64,000 nucleotides of DNA, from the NCBI GenBank assembly GCA_963748215.1, contig CAVVHS010000008.1, forward strand, positions 192,001 through 256,000, read 5' to 3'. Below the pieces are notes generated by a model that made no database searches, was not told where the DNA came from, and was given only the letters and a program-made list of their open reading frames with translations. The stretch is from an uncultured Gammaproteobacteria bacterium. GTDB lineage: Bacteria > Pseudomonadota > Gammaproteobacteria > UBA9214. Positions within the stretch are counted from its first letter, which is position 1; each line of letters opens with the position of its first letter. Positions 13,068 through 22,569 of this stretch are shown here, piece after piece. The position numbers were made by a program, and so were the translations under genes.

Positions 13068-13196
13068 TTAACGAACCCCGTTATCACCCAGCAAACTCTT
13101 TGACTCCTTCCTGGACTTCTTGGCGGCCTTCTTTTCTTTTGGCGTCAGGACAGCTTTCTTCTTCTCTTCCTTGTTACTTTTTCGTTCTTTCGACAT
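13068..13196 (-). CDS. Small Lys-rich protein (42 aa)
   Basis: MSKERKSNKEEKKKAVLTPKEKKAAKKSRKESKSLLGDNGVR with a GGAG RBS upstream. Too short for the ORF track. Confidence 0.65.
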   Translation of the reverse strand: MSKERKSNKEEKKKAVLTPKEKKAAKKSRKESKSLLGDNGVR

Positions 13197-13293
13197 GGTG
13201 TTTCTCCAGTTGATTGTTTGATTATCTTCAGCCTGCTGCTGACAGGCCCGGCCGTCCAGGCCGCATCGACATATTCAGAACTGCCTGATCCCT

Positions 13294-14082
13294 TCATGGC
13301 AGAACACAGTTCTCTTTTCGCTTATTGTAGGACCGATTACATTCCCAGTCGGTTCCGGCAACATTGAGATACGCGTTCTCCGGCACTCTCACAGCGACGC
13401 AAGCCTCGTTGGACGCTAGAAAACCGCGCTCGCACTCCCAGCCAGTCCCGTAGGAGGAATCCGTCAAATAGCCGTTCGGCGGCACCTTAACGGCGACACA
13501 GGATTCATTCATCGCGCGATATCCGCGCTCGCACTCCCAGCCCGAACCGGTGGTGGAGTCCAGGTAATATCCGTTCGCCGGTATCTGGATGGCAACACAG
13601 GAGTCATCGACCTCACGATAACCCCGCTCACAATTCCAGCCGCGTCCGAAGGAGATATTTGTCGGGTATGCATTGACAGGCAACTTGATCGCTGCGCAGG
13701 AATCCTTAAGCGCCCGGTAACCCCGTCCGCACCGCCAGCCATCCCCGTAGGGTGAATTCGTGGAGTATGCATTGGCTGGCACCCTGACGGCTGCGCAGCC
13801 CCCGTTGAGTTCCCGATACCCTCGCTCACACTCCCAACCGCTCCCGTAGGAGGCATTTGTCAGGTATGCATTTGCAGGTACCTTGACAGCTGCACAAGCC
13901 CCGTTGACCGCTCGAAAGCCCTGGTTACAGTCCCATCCTTTGCCATAATCCTTTGCGCGAGCATTCTCGGGCACCCCGGAGGAACCGTCCTGGGCGAACA
14001 CATGGCCGTGCACAATCGCCAGCAGCGCGAGAAGAATCAGCGCGCGCATGGAAAAAACAGGTGTTTGTCGCAATCTACTCAT
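13294..14082 (-). CDS. Secreted Cys-rich tandem-repeat protein
   Basis: Signal peptide, then seven ~34 aa repeats of the form VPxNA..GWxCxRGY..xCxAV. Confidence 0.75.
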   Translation of the reverse strand: MSRLRQTPVFSMRALILLALLAIVHGHVFAQDGSSGVPENARAKDYGKGWDCNQGFRAVNGACAAVKVPANAYLTNASYGSGWECERGYRELNGGCAAVRVPANAYSTNSPYGDGWRCGRGYRALKDSCAAIKLPVNAYPTNISFGRGWNCERGYREVDDSCVAIQIPANGYYLDSTTGSGWECERGYRAMNESCVAVKVPPNGYLTDSSYGTGWECERGFLASNEACVAVRVPENAYLNVAGTDWECNRSYNKRKENCVLP

Positions 14083-15162
14083 GAGAAAATCCTTATTATG
14101 ATGACACTTGAAGAAAGATTACCAGGGCGATGGAAATCGTGGCTGACAGTAACATCAGCAACCACCAGGTAAACCGGAAAGTTCTTTGCGTCATGGCACT
14201 TGCGCCCCTATGGCCGATTGATATAGCTAGCCGGAGAGGAGCAGCCAGGCAAAGCGGCTGTTATTCCTGATCGGTTAGTGGTGCTGTAAAGCACTCACCG
14301 GCCGAAATTTCCCTGGGAGAAAATAGGGGGAGGTAAGAGCTTGGATAATACACCCGCAGGCATCAATGTGTCCAAGCCTTTAATCCATACAGGGGTTAAA
14401 TTATGACGATCACAGCACCCCGGTCATGACACGTTCAGCAAGTGACCGATGTCGCTGCCAGCGTCATCGGTCAAGGCAAGAGATCTCTGATGAAATATGT
14501 AACGCGGTAGCGCGGCGTTGCTTACCTGAATTCATTTCCGCACCCTCTTTCGAACCGATTATCACGACGCACTTAACCGCAGTGGCCGGAACACTCTCCA
14601 TGCCAGGCTTCCGGGGAACAGCCAGAACCGGGAAGCGTCGCAGATAAATCTGCTGTCCTAACCCGTGTCAAAAGATAAATGTACACAGCTACGGATCGTT
14701 CCGCCAAACGCGGTTGCGTCACACACATCTCACACCGCTTATCAGGACATTCCCGGGCAATCCGCAAGGTGGATTGCCATCACGCATCATTCCTGCAATA
14801 CGATTCAACCCTGTTTATGGTCGTACCAGGGACCTGCTGAACAGATACGGCATTCTTTATGCTGTATTCGGGACGCGACCGGTTCACAGTTGCCCGTCGT
14901 TGGTTCAACGGCTGGTGACAGAGTGCCCGCTCATGCGGTCACTACAATTTTACGGGAGATTGACTGGCGGAAGGTCAAAATACCGTGCTTGCTCCACCCC
15001 GCCTTCATCTTTCATCGATGAGCTGAACCGGGTGGCAGTGATGCATGACCGGGACAACGAATTCGCGAGGGTGCTGCAAGCTGGCATGCGCGAGCAGGTC
15101 CCGCAAATCTCCCGAATGGAATTTTGACGCGACATGGAAAAACTCGTAACTTACTGATTTAA

Positions 15163-15209
15163 TGGTGGCTACGGGTGAACCTGAACCACCGACCCCGGCA
15201 TGATGAGTG
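15163..15209 (-). repeat. Degenerate att copy of the tRNA-Met 3' end
   Basis: 43/47 identical to 29035-29081. Confidence 0.85.
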
Positions 15210-15404
15210 GCAGGGTTGGATTGTATCCAACTGTTTTACATGCGAAAAAATGGGACGTCTGTTGCCTCGATTGCGCAACGGTGCATAAGCGTACAGGATT
15301 CTGTCCCGTAAACTCCCGAAGCGATCAGGCACGGACGTTCAACCAAACCAGTCTGCCAAGGATGCAGGCTTGACATATCTGGCTTCGTCAACCATGCTTC
15401 GGTC

Positions 15405-15617
15405 ATGCACAGCATCAAGATCAGCTCCAAGGTCGACGAAGCTACCTGGAACGAACTCAAGGCGCTTGCCGCCGAGACGCACCAGAACGTCTCCGGCCTG
15501 CTCACCGAAGCGATTCGCGAGTTTGTCGCCAGGAAACGCGTACGGCCGGAAGTGTTGAATCACCTCGAGCAGTCCATCGCCGAAAACGAAGAACTGGGCA
15601 AGCTGCTTGCCAAGTGA
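15405..15617 (+). CDS. Ribbon-helix-helix antitoxin
   Basis: IKISSKVDEATWNELKALA...VSGLLTEAIREF. Overlaps the downstream Doc toxin. Confidence 0.75.
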   Translation: MHSIKISSKVDEATWNELKALAAETHQNVSGLLTEAIREFVARKRVRPEVLNHLEQSIAENEELGKLLAK

Positions 15618-15993
15618 CCGCGTTGCCTTCCTGAGCCGGGACGAGGTGCTGGCCATCCACAGCACCCTGCTGGATCGCTTTGGAGGGCCCGCGGGGGTGC
15701 GTGATTTCGGGCTGCTGGAAAGTGCCCTGTACCGCCCCCGGACCGGTCACTACGCTGACCTCGCCGAGATGGCCGCCGCGCTGTTCGAATCGCTCATCAT
15801 GAATCACCCCTTCGTCGACGGGAACAAACGTGTCGCGTTCTTTGCGACCGATGTGTTTTTGCGCCTGAACGGTTACAAGTTGAAGGTGGATGCGAACCAG
15901 GCTCACCGGTTCCTGATCGGGCTGCTGGAAAGCAATCGCTGTACGTTTGATGAATTATTGCCGTGGATTCGTGAGAACGTGATTGAACTATAG
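15607..15993 (+). CDS. Death-on-curing (Doc/Fic) family toxin
   Basis: GVRDFGLLESALYRP and the HPFVDGNKR Doc motif. Confidence 0.88.
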   Translation: MPSDRVAFLSRDEVLAIHSTLLDRFGGPAGVRDFGLLESALYRPRTGHYADLAEMAAALFESLIMNHPFVDGNKRVAFFATDVFLRLNGYKLKVDANQAHRFLIGLLESNRCTFDELLPWIRENVIEL

Positions 15994-16568
15994 GTAAATC
16001 CCGCATTGCTCGTGGCTCGGATTACGGGGATACGGTCAACAACCGCCAACAGACTGTACAAAACGGAGAATAACAATCCGGGCAAGAGCAGTCGAAGTGC
16101 CAGCCACGTGTACCCCATACTGCCGGATGTTGTACTCAATTATGCCGGTGCCCGTTGCATCGATTGCACAACCATGCATGACTTACTCAACACAGTCCGG
16201 GAACATCCCGTACGGATTGATTGGGGATTCTGGAAAGTATACCTGCACGCGTTCAATATTATCCGGTAACAGGCGGAGATGATGCACACTGCGCCAGACA
16301 TGCCGACCAGCCGCACGTACCGTTACTGACACCCGCCAGCAGGCACCCTGACAGATAGCCAGCATCACCCCTGCTCGTGCAAGCATCCGACGAAAACGGT
16401 GCCGCCGACGGTGAAACACCATTTCACTGCGTGAAGCGTGCTTGCACATGCCTAACCGGCTGAGTTGGCAGGCAGTTGTTCTGCTACTACTCCAAAGATA
16501 CTGCAGCGGAATTTCCCGGCGGTGCCACGAGTGTTGGCATCTACCTGTTTAATCATCAAATTAGCAGC

Positions 16569-16584
16569 TGGCATGGGTATTGCT
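16569..16584 (+). promoter_or_regulatory. Sigma54 (-24/-12) promoter of nirK
   Basis: TGGCATGGGTATTGCT has GG-N10-GC spacing and lies ~100 nt upstream of the ATG. Confidence 0.7.
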
Positions 16585-16685
16585 TTGTTCCTGATACGTC
16601 GCAATAAACCTGAGCGGCGCGGGAAGTGCCGCCGCGAGGCGGACTACATAAATTCAAACAACATCAAGCAAAGGGGAAAAATACC

Positions 16686-17720
16686 ATGAACCAAACAACA
16701 ACGCGGCTATTGAATGTACTGGGGACCGCCGTCCTGGGGTGTCTGTTGAACGTATCCGCGGCCACTGCGACTCCCGTGGTTGCCACCGTGGCCAAAGACC
16801 CCACGGATGTCCCGGCGCCTATCCGTCGGAGCAAGCCGACAACCGTGACAGTGAACCTGATCGCCACGGAAGTCATAACCGAGATCGCACCCGGCAAGAA
16901 GGCGTGGGTGTGGACGTTTAACGACACCGTGCCCGGGCCCATGATTCGGGTGATGCAGGGGGATACGGTCGTGATCAACCTCACCAACGACATGAATAAC
17001 GAAGAACCGCACAACATCGACTTCCATGCGTCCATGGGACCGGGCGGTGGTGCGTCGGTGACCAACGTTGAGCCGGGTGAAACCGCGACCCTGAGCTTCA
17101 AGGCCCTCAAACCCGGCGCGTTTATTTACCACTGTGCCGGCGAGGGCATGGCCTGGGAGCATATCACCTACGGCATGTACGGCCTGATCATGGTCGAACC
17201 CAAAGGTGGTCTCAAGAAAGTGGATCGCGAGTTCTACGTGGCGCAGCAGGACTGGTACCATGACGTTCTGAGCGGGGGTGCCCATGGGCTTCCGGATTAC
17301 GTTTATATTCTGGACGACGACAAGGCCCTGGATGAACACCCGAGCATGTACACCTTCAACGGGCACCAGCAGGCACTGGCCGACCCGGCGCTGTTCGGAG
17401 ATGCCATGCATTCACGGCAAGGTGACAAGGTGCGCTTCTTCTTCGTCAACGGTGGGCCGAACAAGTCCTCGGCCTGGCATATCATCGGCACGATCTTCGA
17501 CGAGGTCTACAGGAGCGACCCGAAGGATGCCGTGCGCGCCGAGGAAACCGTGGCAGTACCGCCCGGCTCGGCGGCCGTGTTCGAGCTGACCACGCCGGTG
17601 CCCGGCAAGTACCTGCTGGTTGACCATGCCTTGTGGAGAGCACCGAAGGGTGCCGCCGGCTTCCTCACTGTCGACCAGACCGGTGCCTGGCCGGACGACA
17701 TCTTCTCGCCGCAACCGTAG
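16686..17720 (+). CDS. nirK: Copper-containing nitrite reductase
   Basis: Signal peptide. HNIDFH, YHC..WEH..GMYG, SAWHIIG and LVDH supply the type-1 and type-2 Cu ligands and the catalytic Asp/His. Confidence 0.88.
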   Translation: MNQTTTRLLNVLGTAVLGCLLNVSAATATPVVATVAKDPTDVPAPIRRSKPTTVTVNLIATEVITEIAPGKKAWVWTFNDTVPGPMIRVMQGDTVVINLTNDMNNEEPHNIDFHASMGPGGGASVTNVEPGETATLSFKALKPGAFIYHCAGEGMAWEHITYGMYGLIMVEPKGGLKKVDREFYVAQQDWYHDVLSGGAHGLPDYVYILDDDKALDEHPSMYTFNGHQQALADPALFGDAMHSRQGDKVRFFFVNGGPNKSSAWHIIGTIFDEVYRSDPKDAVRAEETVAVPPGSAAVFELTTPVPGKYLLVDHALWRAPKGAAGFLTVDQTGAWPDDIFSPQP

Positions 17721-17865
17721 CGTACGGATGCCGCGACGAGTCTACGCGCCCGTCCTGTTGCCCTTGGCGGCAGGGCGGGCGGGTCTGTCCTGATGTCCCT
17801 CTCCCGACTGCAGGAATCGCCTGACGTGGCGGGCAAAAGAAGCCACGCGCCCGAATCAGCCACCG

Positions 17866-19371
17866 CTAGTTCCTGTAGTCGGCGGGCTTCAGCCCGTAAG
17901 ACCGCAGCTTCATGTAGACCGCGCGGGTCGTGAGCCCCATATCCGCAGCCACCCGTTGGATGCTGCCGTGGTGCCGGGACAGACTCTCCACAAGGTACAG
18001 ACGCTCTTCCGTCTCAATGGCGCGACGCCGGCGATCTTTCCAGCCCTGGCCCGACTCGGTCCCTGGTGCTTCACATGTTGCCAGATCGGCGGCATCAATC
18101 AGCAAACGATCCAGCGCTGGCCCCGGGCTGAACAGGAAGCTGCGTTCGAGCACGTTCTCCAGCTCACGCACATTCCCCGGCCAGTCACGGACGAGCAGTT
18201 GTTTCATCACACCCTCGGTTACGGGTAATTTCGGCTTGTGGTACTTGGCACTGAGACGGTCGAGAATGTGCTCGACCAGGGCAGGGATGTCCTCTGGCCG
18301 TTCGCGCAGGGGCGGAATGTGAATATTGATGACATTAATACGATAGTAGAGATCACTGAGGAAGTCGCCAGCCTCGATGGCTTGATCCAGCGGCCGGTTG
18401 GTGGCGGCGATGATGCGTGCATTGGTGTGCAGCACCTCATGCCCCCCCAGCCGTTCGTACTCGCCTTCCTGCAATACACGCAGCAGTCGGGTTTGCGCCG
18501 TTGCCGACAATGCATTCACCTCATCCAGAAACAGGGTTCCATCCTGCGCCCGCTCGAAAAGACCGTGGTGTATTGTTGTCGCCCCGGTAAAAGCACCGCG
18601 CTCGTGTCCGAACAGGGTGCTTTCAATCAACGCGTCCGGAATAGCGCCACAGTTCACTCCCAGGAATTCACCGTGTGTGCGAACACTGTTTGCGTGAACC
18701 GTGCGCGCGACAAGCTCCTTGCCGGTCCCTGTCTGACCGGTAATGAGTACGGTGGCAGAGGTGGGAGCAACACACCTGGCCGCCGCCAGGACATGCTGCA
18801 TCGCCGGTGACCGTGCTATCACGCAACGAGCCGTCGCAGGTTCAGGGACCGCTTGGCAGCCGAGGCGGTCATATTCCGTACCAGGTACGTTCCGGGCCTG
18901 TTCCGCACACAGATAGATACAAAAACCGCAGCTGTCGCCGGTACGTGTGATCAGCCGGTCCACGGCGATCTTCGCGTAGCCGAAGTTGCGAGCCGCAATG
19001 CTGCCAAAGATGCCGAGCGCCGTTTGACACAGATCCGTCACATCAGCGCATGACCGTCGCACGAATGGACAGCGCCGGTTGATAATGTGGATCATGCCCT
19101 GGCTTTGCACCGAGGCGTTCAAATCGCCGCCCGCGCCATTGACCATTCGGGCCACAAGGGTGGCATAACTGCCCTCCTCCAGCACGGAGTCGACGAGACC
19201 GAGCTCGATCCGATAGCTGTTTTCCAGCGCCTTGATAGCGCCCGCGTCGGGCCGCGGTGCGAGGGCATGCGGGGTGCTGCGACGGTCTGCACGCGCTCGC
19301 GACATACTAAGTGCGCATGTCACAAAGGGAGTGCCCCTGGAGTCAGAATGATGTGAACGTTCCCTGTCCAT
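17866..19371 (-). CDS. Sigma54-dependent transcriptional activator with a MetOD1/V4R-like N-terminal domain
   Basis: GQTGTGKE, GAFTGA, LFLDEV, WPGNVRELEN and a C-terminal HTH. The N-terminus reads CPF..LC..GIFGSIAARNFGYAK..C.FCIYL. Confidence 0.85.
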   Translation of the reverse strand: MDRERSHHSDSRGTPFVTCALSMSRARADRRSTPHALAPRPDAGAIKALENSYRIELGLVDSVLEEGSYATLVARMVNGAGGDLNASVQSQGMIHIINRRCPFVRRSCADVTDLCQTALGIFGSIAARNFGYAKIAVDRLITRTGDSCGFCIYLCAEQARNVPGTEYDRLGCQAVPEPATARCVIARSPAMQHVLAAARCVAPTSATVLITGQTGTGKELVARTVHANSVRTHGEFLGVNCGAIPDALIESTLFGHERGAFTGATTIHHGLFERAQDGTLFLDEVNALSATAQTRLLRVLQEGEYERLGGHEVLHTNARIIAATNRPLDQAIEAGDFLSDLYYRINVINIHIPPLRERPEDIPALVEHILDRLSAKYHKPKLPVTEGVMKQLLVRDWPGNVRELENVLERSFLFSPGPALDRLLIDAADLATCEAPGTESGQGWKDRRRRAIETEERLYLVESLSRHHGSIQRVAADMGLTTRAVYMKLRSYGLKPADYRN

Positions 19372-19584
19372 ACCGTCCCCCCCCCCCCCGGGTTGCCGCG
19401 CACGCGACAGGATGGAATAAGTACAAGGTTAGATCAATGTTAGTATATGGTCATGGCCATTTCTACCTGCAAAAGCGATCATTAAACGTTTTCGGGATGA
19501 CTCCGATTGGTGATTGCGTCAAGATCCGGAGGTGCCGTCCCATGGTTCCCGAGGTTTCGCGGCGCTTCAATGCACAAAAGTAAA

Positions 19585-19761
19585 CGTCGCTTGCTGGCGA
19601 CCGGCGTGTCATTCGAGGACCGTCAGGATCTGCCGGGATACATGGCGGGACGCATTACCACGCACTACCCGGCGGCGAAGTTGGTGAACCTCATCGAGGC
19701 CGCCAACCGGGTGTGCGGACAAAGGTCCCGCAATGATTGTGTTGCGCAGTGCGCAGCATAA
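19585..19761 (+). pseudogene. C-terminal remnant of a tyrosine recombinase (phage-type integrase)
   Basis: RRLLATGVSFEDRQDLPGYMAGRITTHYPAAKLVNLIEAANRVC matches the integrase box II region (LGH..ITTHY, with H lost). It ends 30 nt from the att copy. Confidence 0.75.
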
Positions 19762-19790
19762 TTCGTAATATATTGATTCAGCGGGATATA

Positions 19791-19837
19791 TGGTGGCTAC
19801 GGGTGGACTTGAACCACCGACCCCAGCATTATGAGTG
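19791..19837 (-). repeat. Perfect att copy of the tRNA-Met 3' end (47 bp)
   Basis: Identical to 29035-29081. Confidence 0.92.
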
Positions 19838-20027
19838 ACTGAGTTGGCTTGTATCTATCTGTTTTACATGCGATTAAATGGGGCGTCTGTTGCTTCGATT
19901 GCACAACGATGCGTAACCGTGCAGGACTGTGTCCCGTAAAAGTCCCGAAGTCAGTTACTGCGGATTTCCGATCAGAACGGCCTCCAGGTTGGTTGACGCG
20001 TCCGGTTTCGTCAACCACGCTCCAGTG

Positions 20028-20450
20028 ATGCCCAGCATCAAGATCAGCACGAAGGTCGACGAGGCCACCTGGAACGAACTCAAGGCGCTCGCCGCTGAGA
20101 CACACCAGAACGTGTCCGGCCTGCTCACGGAAGCGATCAGCGAGTAAGTCGCACGCAGGCGTGTGCGGCCCGTAGTCCTGAATCACCTCGAGCTGTCCAT
20201 CGCCGAAAACGAAGATCTGCCCAGGCTTCTTGCCAATTAGCCGCGTTGCCTTCCCGAGCCGGGACAAGGTACTGACCATCCACAACACCCTGCTGGAACG
20301 CTTTGGTGGACAGTGGGTATCCGTAATTACGGTTTGCTGGAGACTGCGTTGTACCGCATCCAGACCGGTCACTACGCCGATCTTGTCGAGATGGCGGCTG
20401 CCCTTTTCGAACCGCTCATCATGAACCGCCCCTTTCGTCGACGGGAATAA
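20028..20450 (+). pseudogene. Decayed copy of the RHH/Doc TA pair
   Basis: MPSIKISTKVDEATWNELKALAAETHQNVSGLLTEAISE* (premature stop), followed by a frameshifted Doc remnant. Paralogous to 15405-15993. Confidence 0.85.
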
Positions 20451-20599
20451 CAGCCATGACCCTGCGCGTGGTCAGCCATAGGATCGGAGTGATTTGCATC
20501 CCGGCAAGCCATCCCTTAGGGTTGCCTCATCCATTGAGCCGGGACATTGCCCCGGCCGGTACCATACATCATATACCGGTATATTCTCCGGCCCTGGCT

Positions 20600-22168
20600 G
20601 TGAACACTGACAGAGACAAACTCACCACCGGAGGGCGGTCGACAAGAACCACGGGGCTCGTGCTGGCTGCTGTTGCAGGCGCGGCCGTGATGGTGGTCGA
20701 ACTGGGGGTCGCGCGCGTTCTGACCCCGGTGTTCGGCGGTTCCATTTCGGTGTGGGCGATCGTGATCGCGACCACCATGCTGGCGCTGGCCGCCGGTTAT
20801 GCCTACGGCGGCTATCGGGCCGACCGCAGTGGGGGAATGGTGGTAGCGGGTCGCGCTGCGGTCATCGGAGCGCTGCTGTGCGCCGCCATTCCCCTGATTC
20901 GCCTGCCGCTGATCGAGGCCACCATCGAACTTTCCACGCTGGCCGGTGCAGCCACCGTTGCCCTCATCCTGATCGCACCGTCGTTGTTCTTTCTCAGCCA
21001 GGTCTCACCGGCGCTGATCCGCGGACTCGCGTCAGACGGCGTCACCCATGTGGGTATCACGGCGGGTGGCATCTACGCGGTATCCACGCTCGGCAGCCTG
21101 TTCGGCACCCTGGCAGCGGTCTGGCTGTTCCTCTATCTGCCGCTCGCGAGCGGGTTCCTGGCGACGGCGGTCCTGGTGGCGCTGCCGGTGCTGCTGTTAA
21201 GGCCCGTCGCCGCAGGCACTGCCCTGGCGGGGATGGCGGTCCTGCTGGCGCTATCAGCCGGCCCGCTGGTAAAACTGTCCGCGGGCGAGGTCATTCACGA
21301 GCAGGGCTTCAGTCTGCTGGAGACACGGAACTCTCCCTACGGTGAACTGCGCGTGATCGAGCAGCAGGACAGGGTCCGCTACATGCTGGTCAATGGATTC
21401 GACCAGGGCGGCATCTTTCTCTTCAGCGGCGAGTCCGCCTACGATTTCGATGACGGCCTGATTGGCCTGGCGGACATGTACGCCACGGCGCCCGCCGACC
21501 GGGTCCTGCTGATCGGGCTGGGCCCCGGTGTCATTGCAAACACGCTGGCAGAGAGGGGTCTGCAGGTCGATGTCGTGGAGATCGATACCGAGGTCTATCG
21601 GATCGCGCGCGACTATTTCGGTTACGGCGGCGAGGTCATCGTGGATGATGGCAGGCGTTTCCTGCGGCGCACGCAAGAGACCTGGGACATCATCATCGTC
21701 GATGCTTTCGCCGGTGGCAGCCCGCCATGGCAACTCTACACACGCGAGGCCTTTGCCCTCTACCAGGCACACCTGAATACCGGCGGGGTCGTGGTGCTCA
21801 ATTTCATCGGTAGCCATCTGGACCCCGGGCAGCGTCCGGCGCTCGAGGCAGTGGCCAGCACGGCGCGGCAGGTGTTCGCCACGGTCGATGTCTATCCCAG
21901 CCCCTGGGAAGCGGTGGACTATCCCACACGCAACATCTTCATCGCCGCGGCCGCGGCACCGCTCCCGGCCGGTCGGCGTGAGCGCGGGGACCCGTTCGAG
22001 GCCGACACCCTGTCGGAGGCGCTGGCCCGCACCCTGCCCATCGAGGTCGACGCGGGGCGGGTACTGAGGGATGATTCGGCGCCGCTGGAGCCGCTGGTGC
22101 GCCGCACCACCGAGATACTGCGCAACCGGGTGCGCGAATATCTCCCGGTCGGCCTGTTGATCCGCTAG
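20600..22168 (+). CDS. Fused membrane / spermidine synthase-like SAM-dependent protein
   Basis: Multi-TM N-terminus (ELGVARVLTPVFGGSISVW), then LLIGLGPG, DVVEID, DDGRRFL and DIIIVDAF. Start position uncertain. Confidence 0.85.
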   Translation: MNTDRDKLTTGGRSTRTTGLVLAAVAGAAVMVVELGVARVLTPVFGGSISVWAIVIATTMLALAAGYAYGGYRADRSGGMVVAGRAAVIGALLCAAIPLIRLPLIEATIELSTLAGAATVALILIAPSLFFLSQVSPALIRGLASDGVTHVGITAGGIYAVSTLGSLFGTLAAVWLFLYLPLASGFLATAVLVALPVLLLRPVAAGTALAGMAVLLALSAGPLVKLSAGEVIHEQGFSLLETRNSPYGELRVIEQQDRVRYMLVNGFDQGGIFLFSGESAYDFDDGLIGLADMYATAPADRVLLIGLGPGVIANTLAERGLQVDVVEIDTEVYRIARDYFGYGGEVIVDDGRRFLRRTQETWDIIIVDAFAGGSPPWQLYTREAFALYQAHLNTGGVVVLNFIGSHLDPGQRPALEAVASTARQVFATVDVYPSPWEAVDYPTRNIFIAAAAAPLPAGRRERGDPFEADTLSEALARTLPIEVDAGRVLRDDSAPLEPLVRRTTEILRNRVREYLPVGLLIR

Positions 22169-22284
22169 CGCGCAGCCGCCGTGTGCCGGCGGCGCATCAG
22201 TATCTGCTAATTTGCAATCCGCCGGCGTTGGTGATTTTATGGAACGAGGATGTGAGGTGGACGCCGGTGACCGGTTGAATGCCA

Positions 22285-22346
22285 CTGACAGATCTGACAG
22301 TCCTGGCTGACAGATATGTCAGCGTACTGCATGACAATAATGTCAT
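22285..22346. promoter_or_regulatory. Putative enhancer (UAS) with TGACA/TGTCA repeats
   Basis: Three CTGACAG direct repeats plus palindromes GCTGACAGATATGTCAGC (22306-22323) and ATGACAATAATGTCAT (22331-22346), ~100-150 bp upstream of a sigma54 promoter. Confidence 0.55.
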
Positions 22347-22438
22347 GATAAATGGCAGTCGTGCCAGCCAGATATGGCAAACTTCAAATCAATATACGAA
22401 GAAAGTACTAGTACGCTGAGGCTTATCTCAAGTCAAAC

Positions 22439-22454
22439 TGGCACATTAATTGCT
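22439..22454 (+). promoter_or_regulatory. Sigma54 promoter of the multiheme cytochrome gene
   Basis: TGGCACATTAATTGCT fits the consensus TGGCAC-N5-TTGCW. Confidence 0.8.
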
Positions 22455-22569
22455 AGCAAGATCTGTAACCGTAATCGATACGGGTTCGGTGCTTTTTAAC
22501 AAAATCGGAAAGGTTCGGAATCGTAGCTGATTACGAACCATCTCAAGATCCCATCAGGGGGGGCCAGGC

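Noticed and set aside
14426-15135. Short ORFs left of the 15163 att
   Set aside because: I recognise no family and the overlapping frames conflict. They are possibly decayed fragments.
16006-16449. Small ORFs between doc and nirK
   Set aside because: They have no motifs or convincing RBS. This is more likely the nirK upstream regulatory region.
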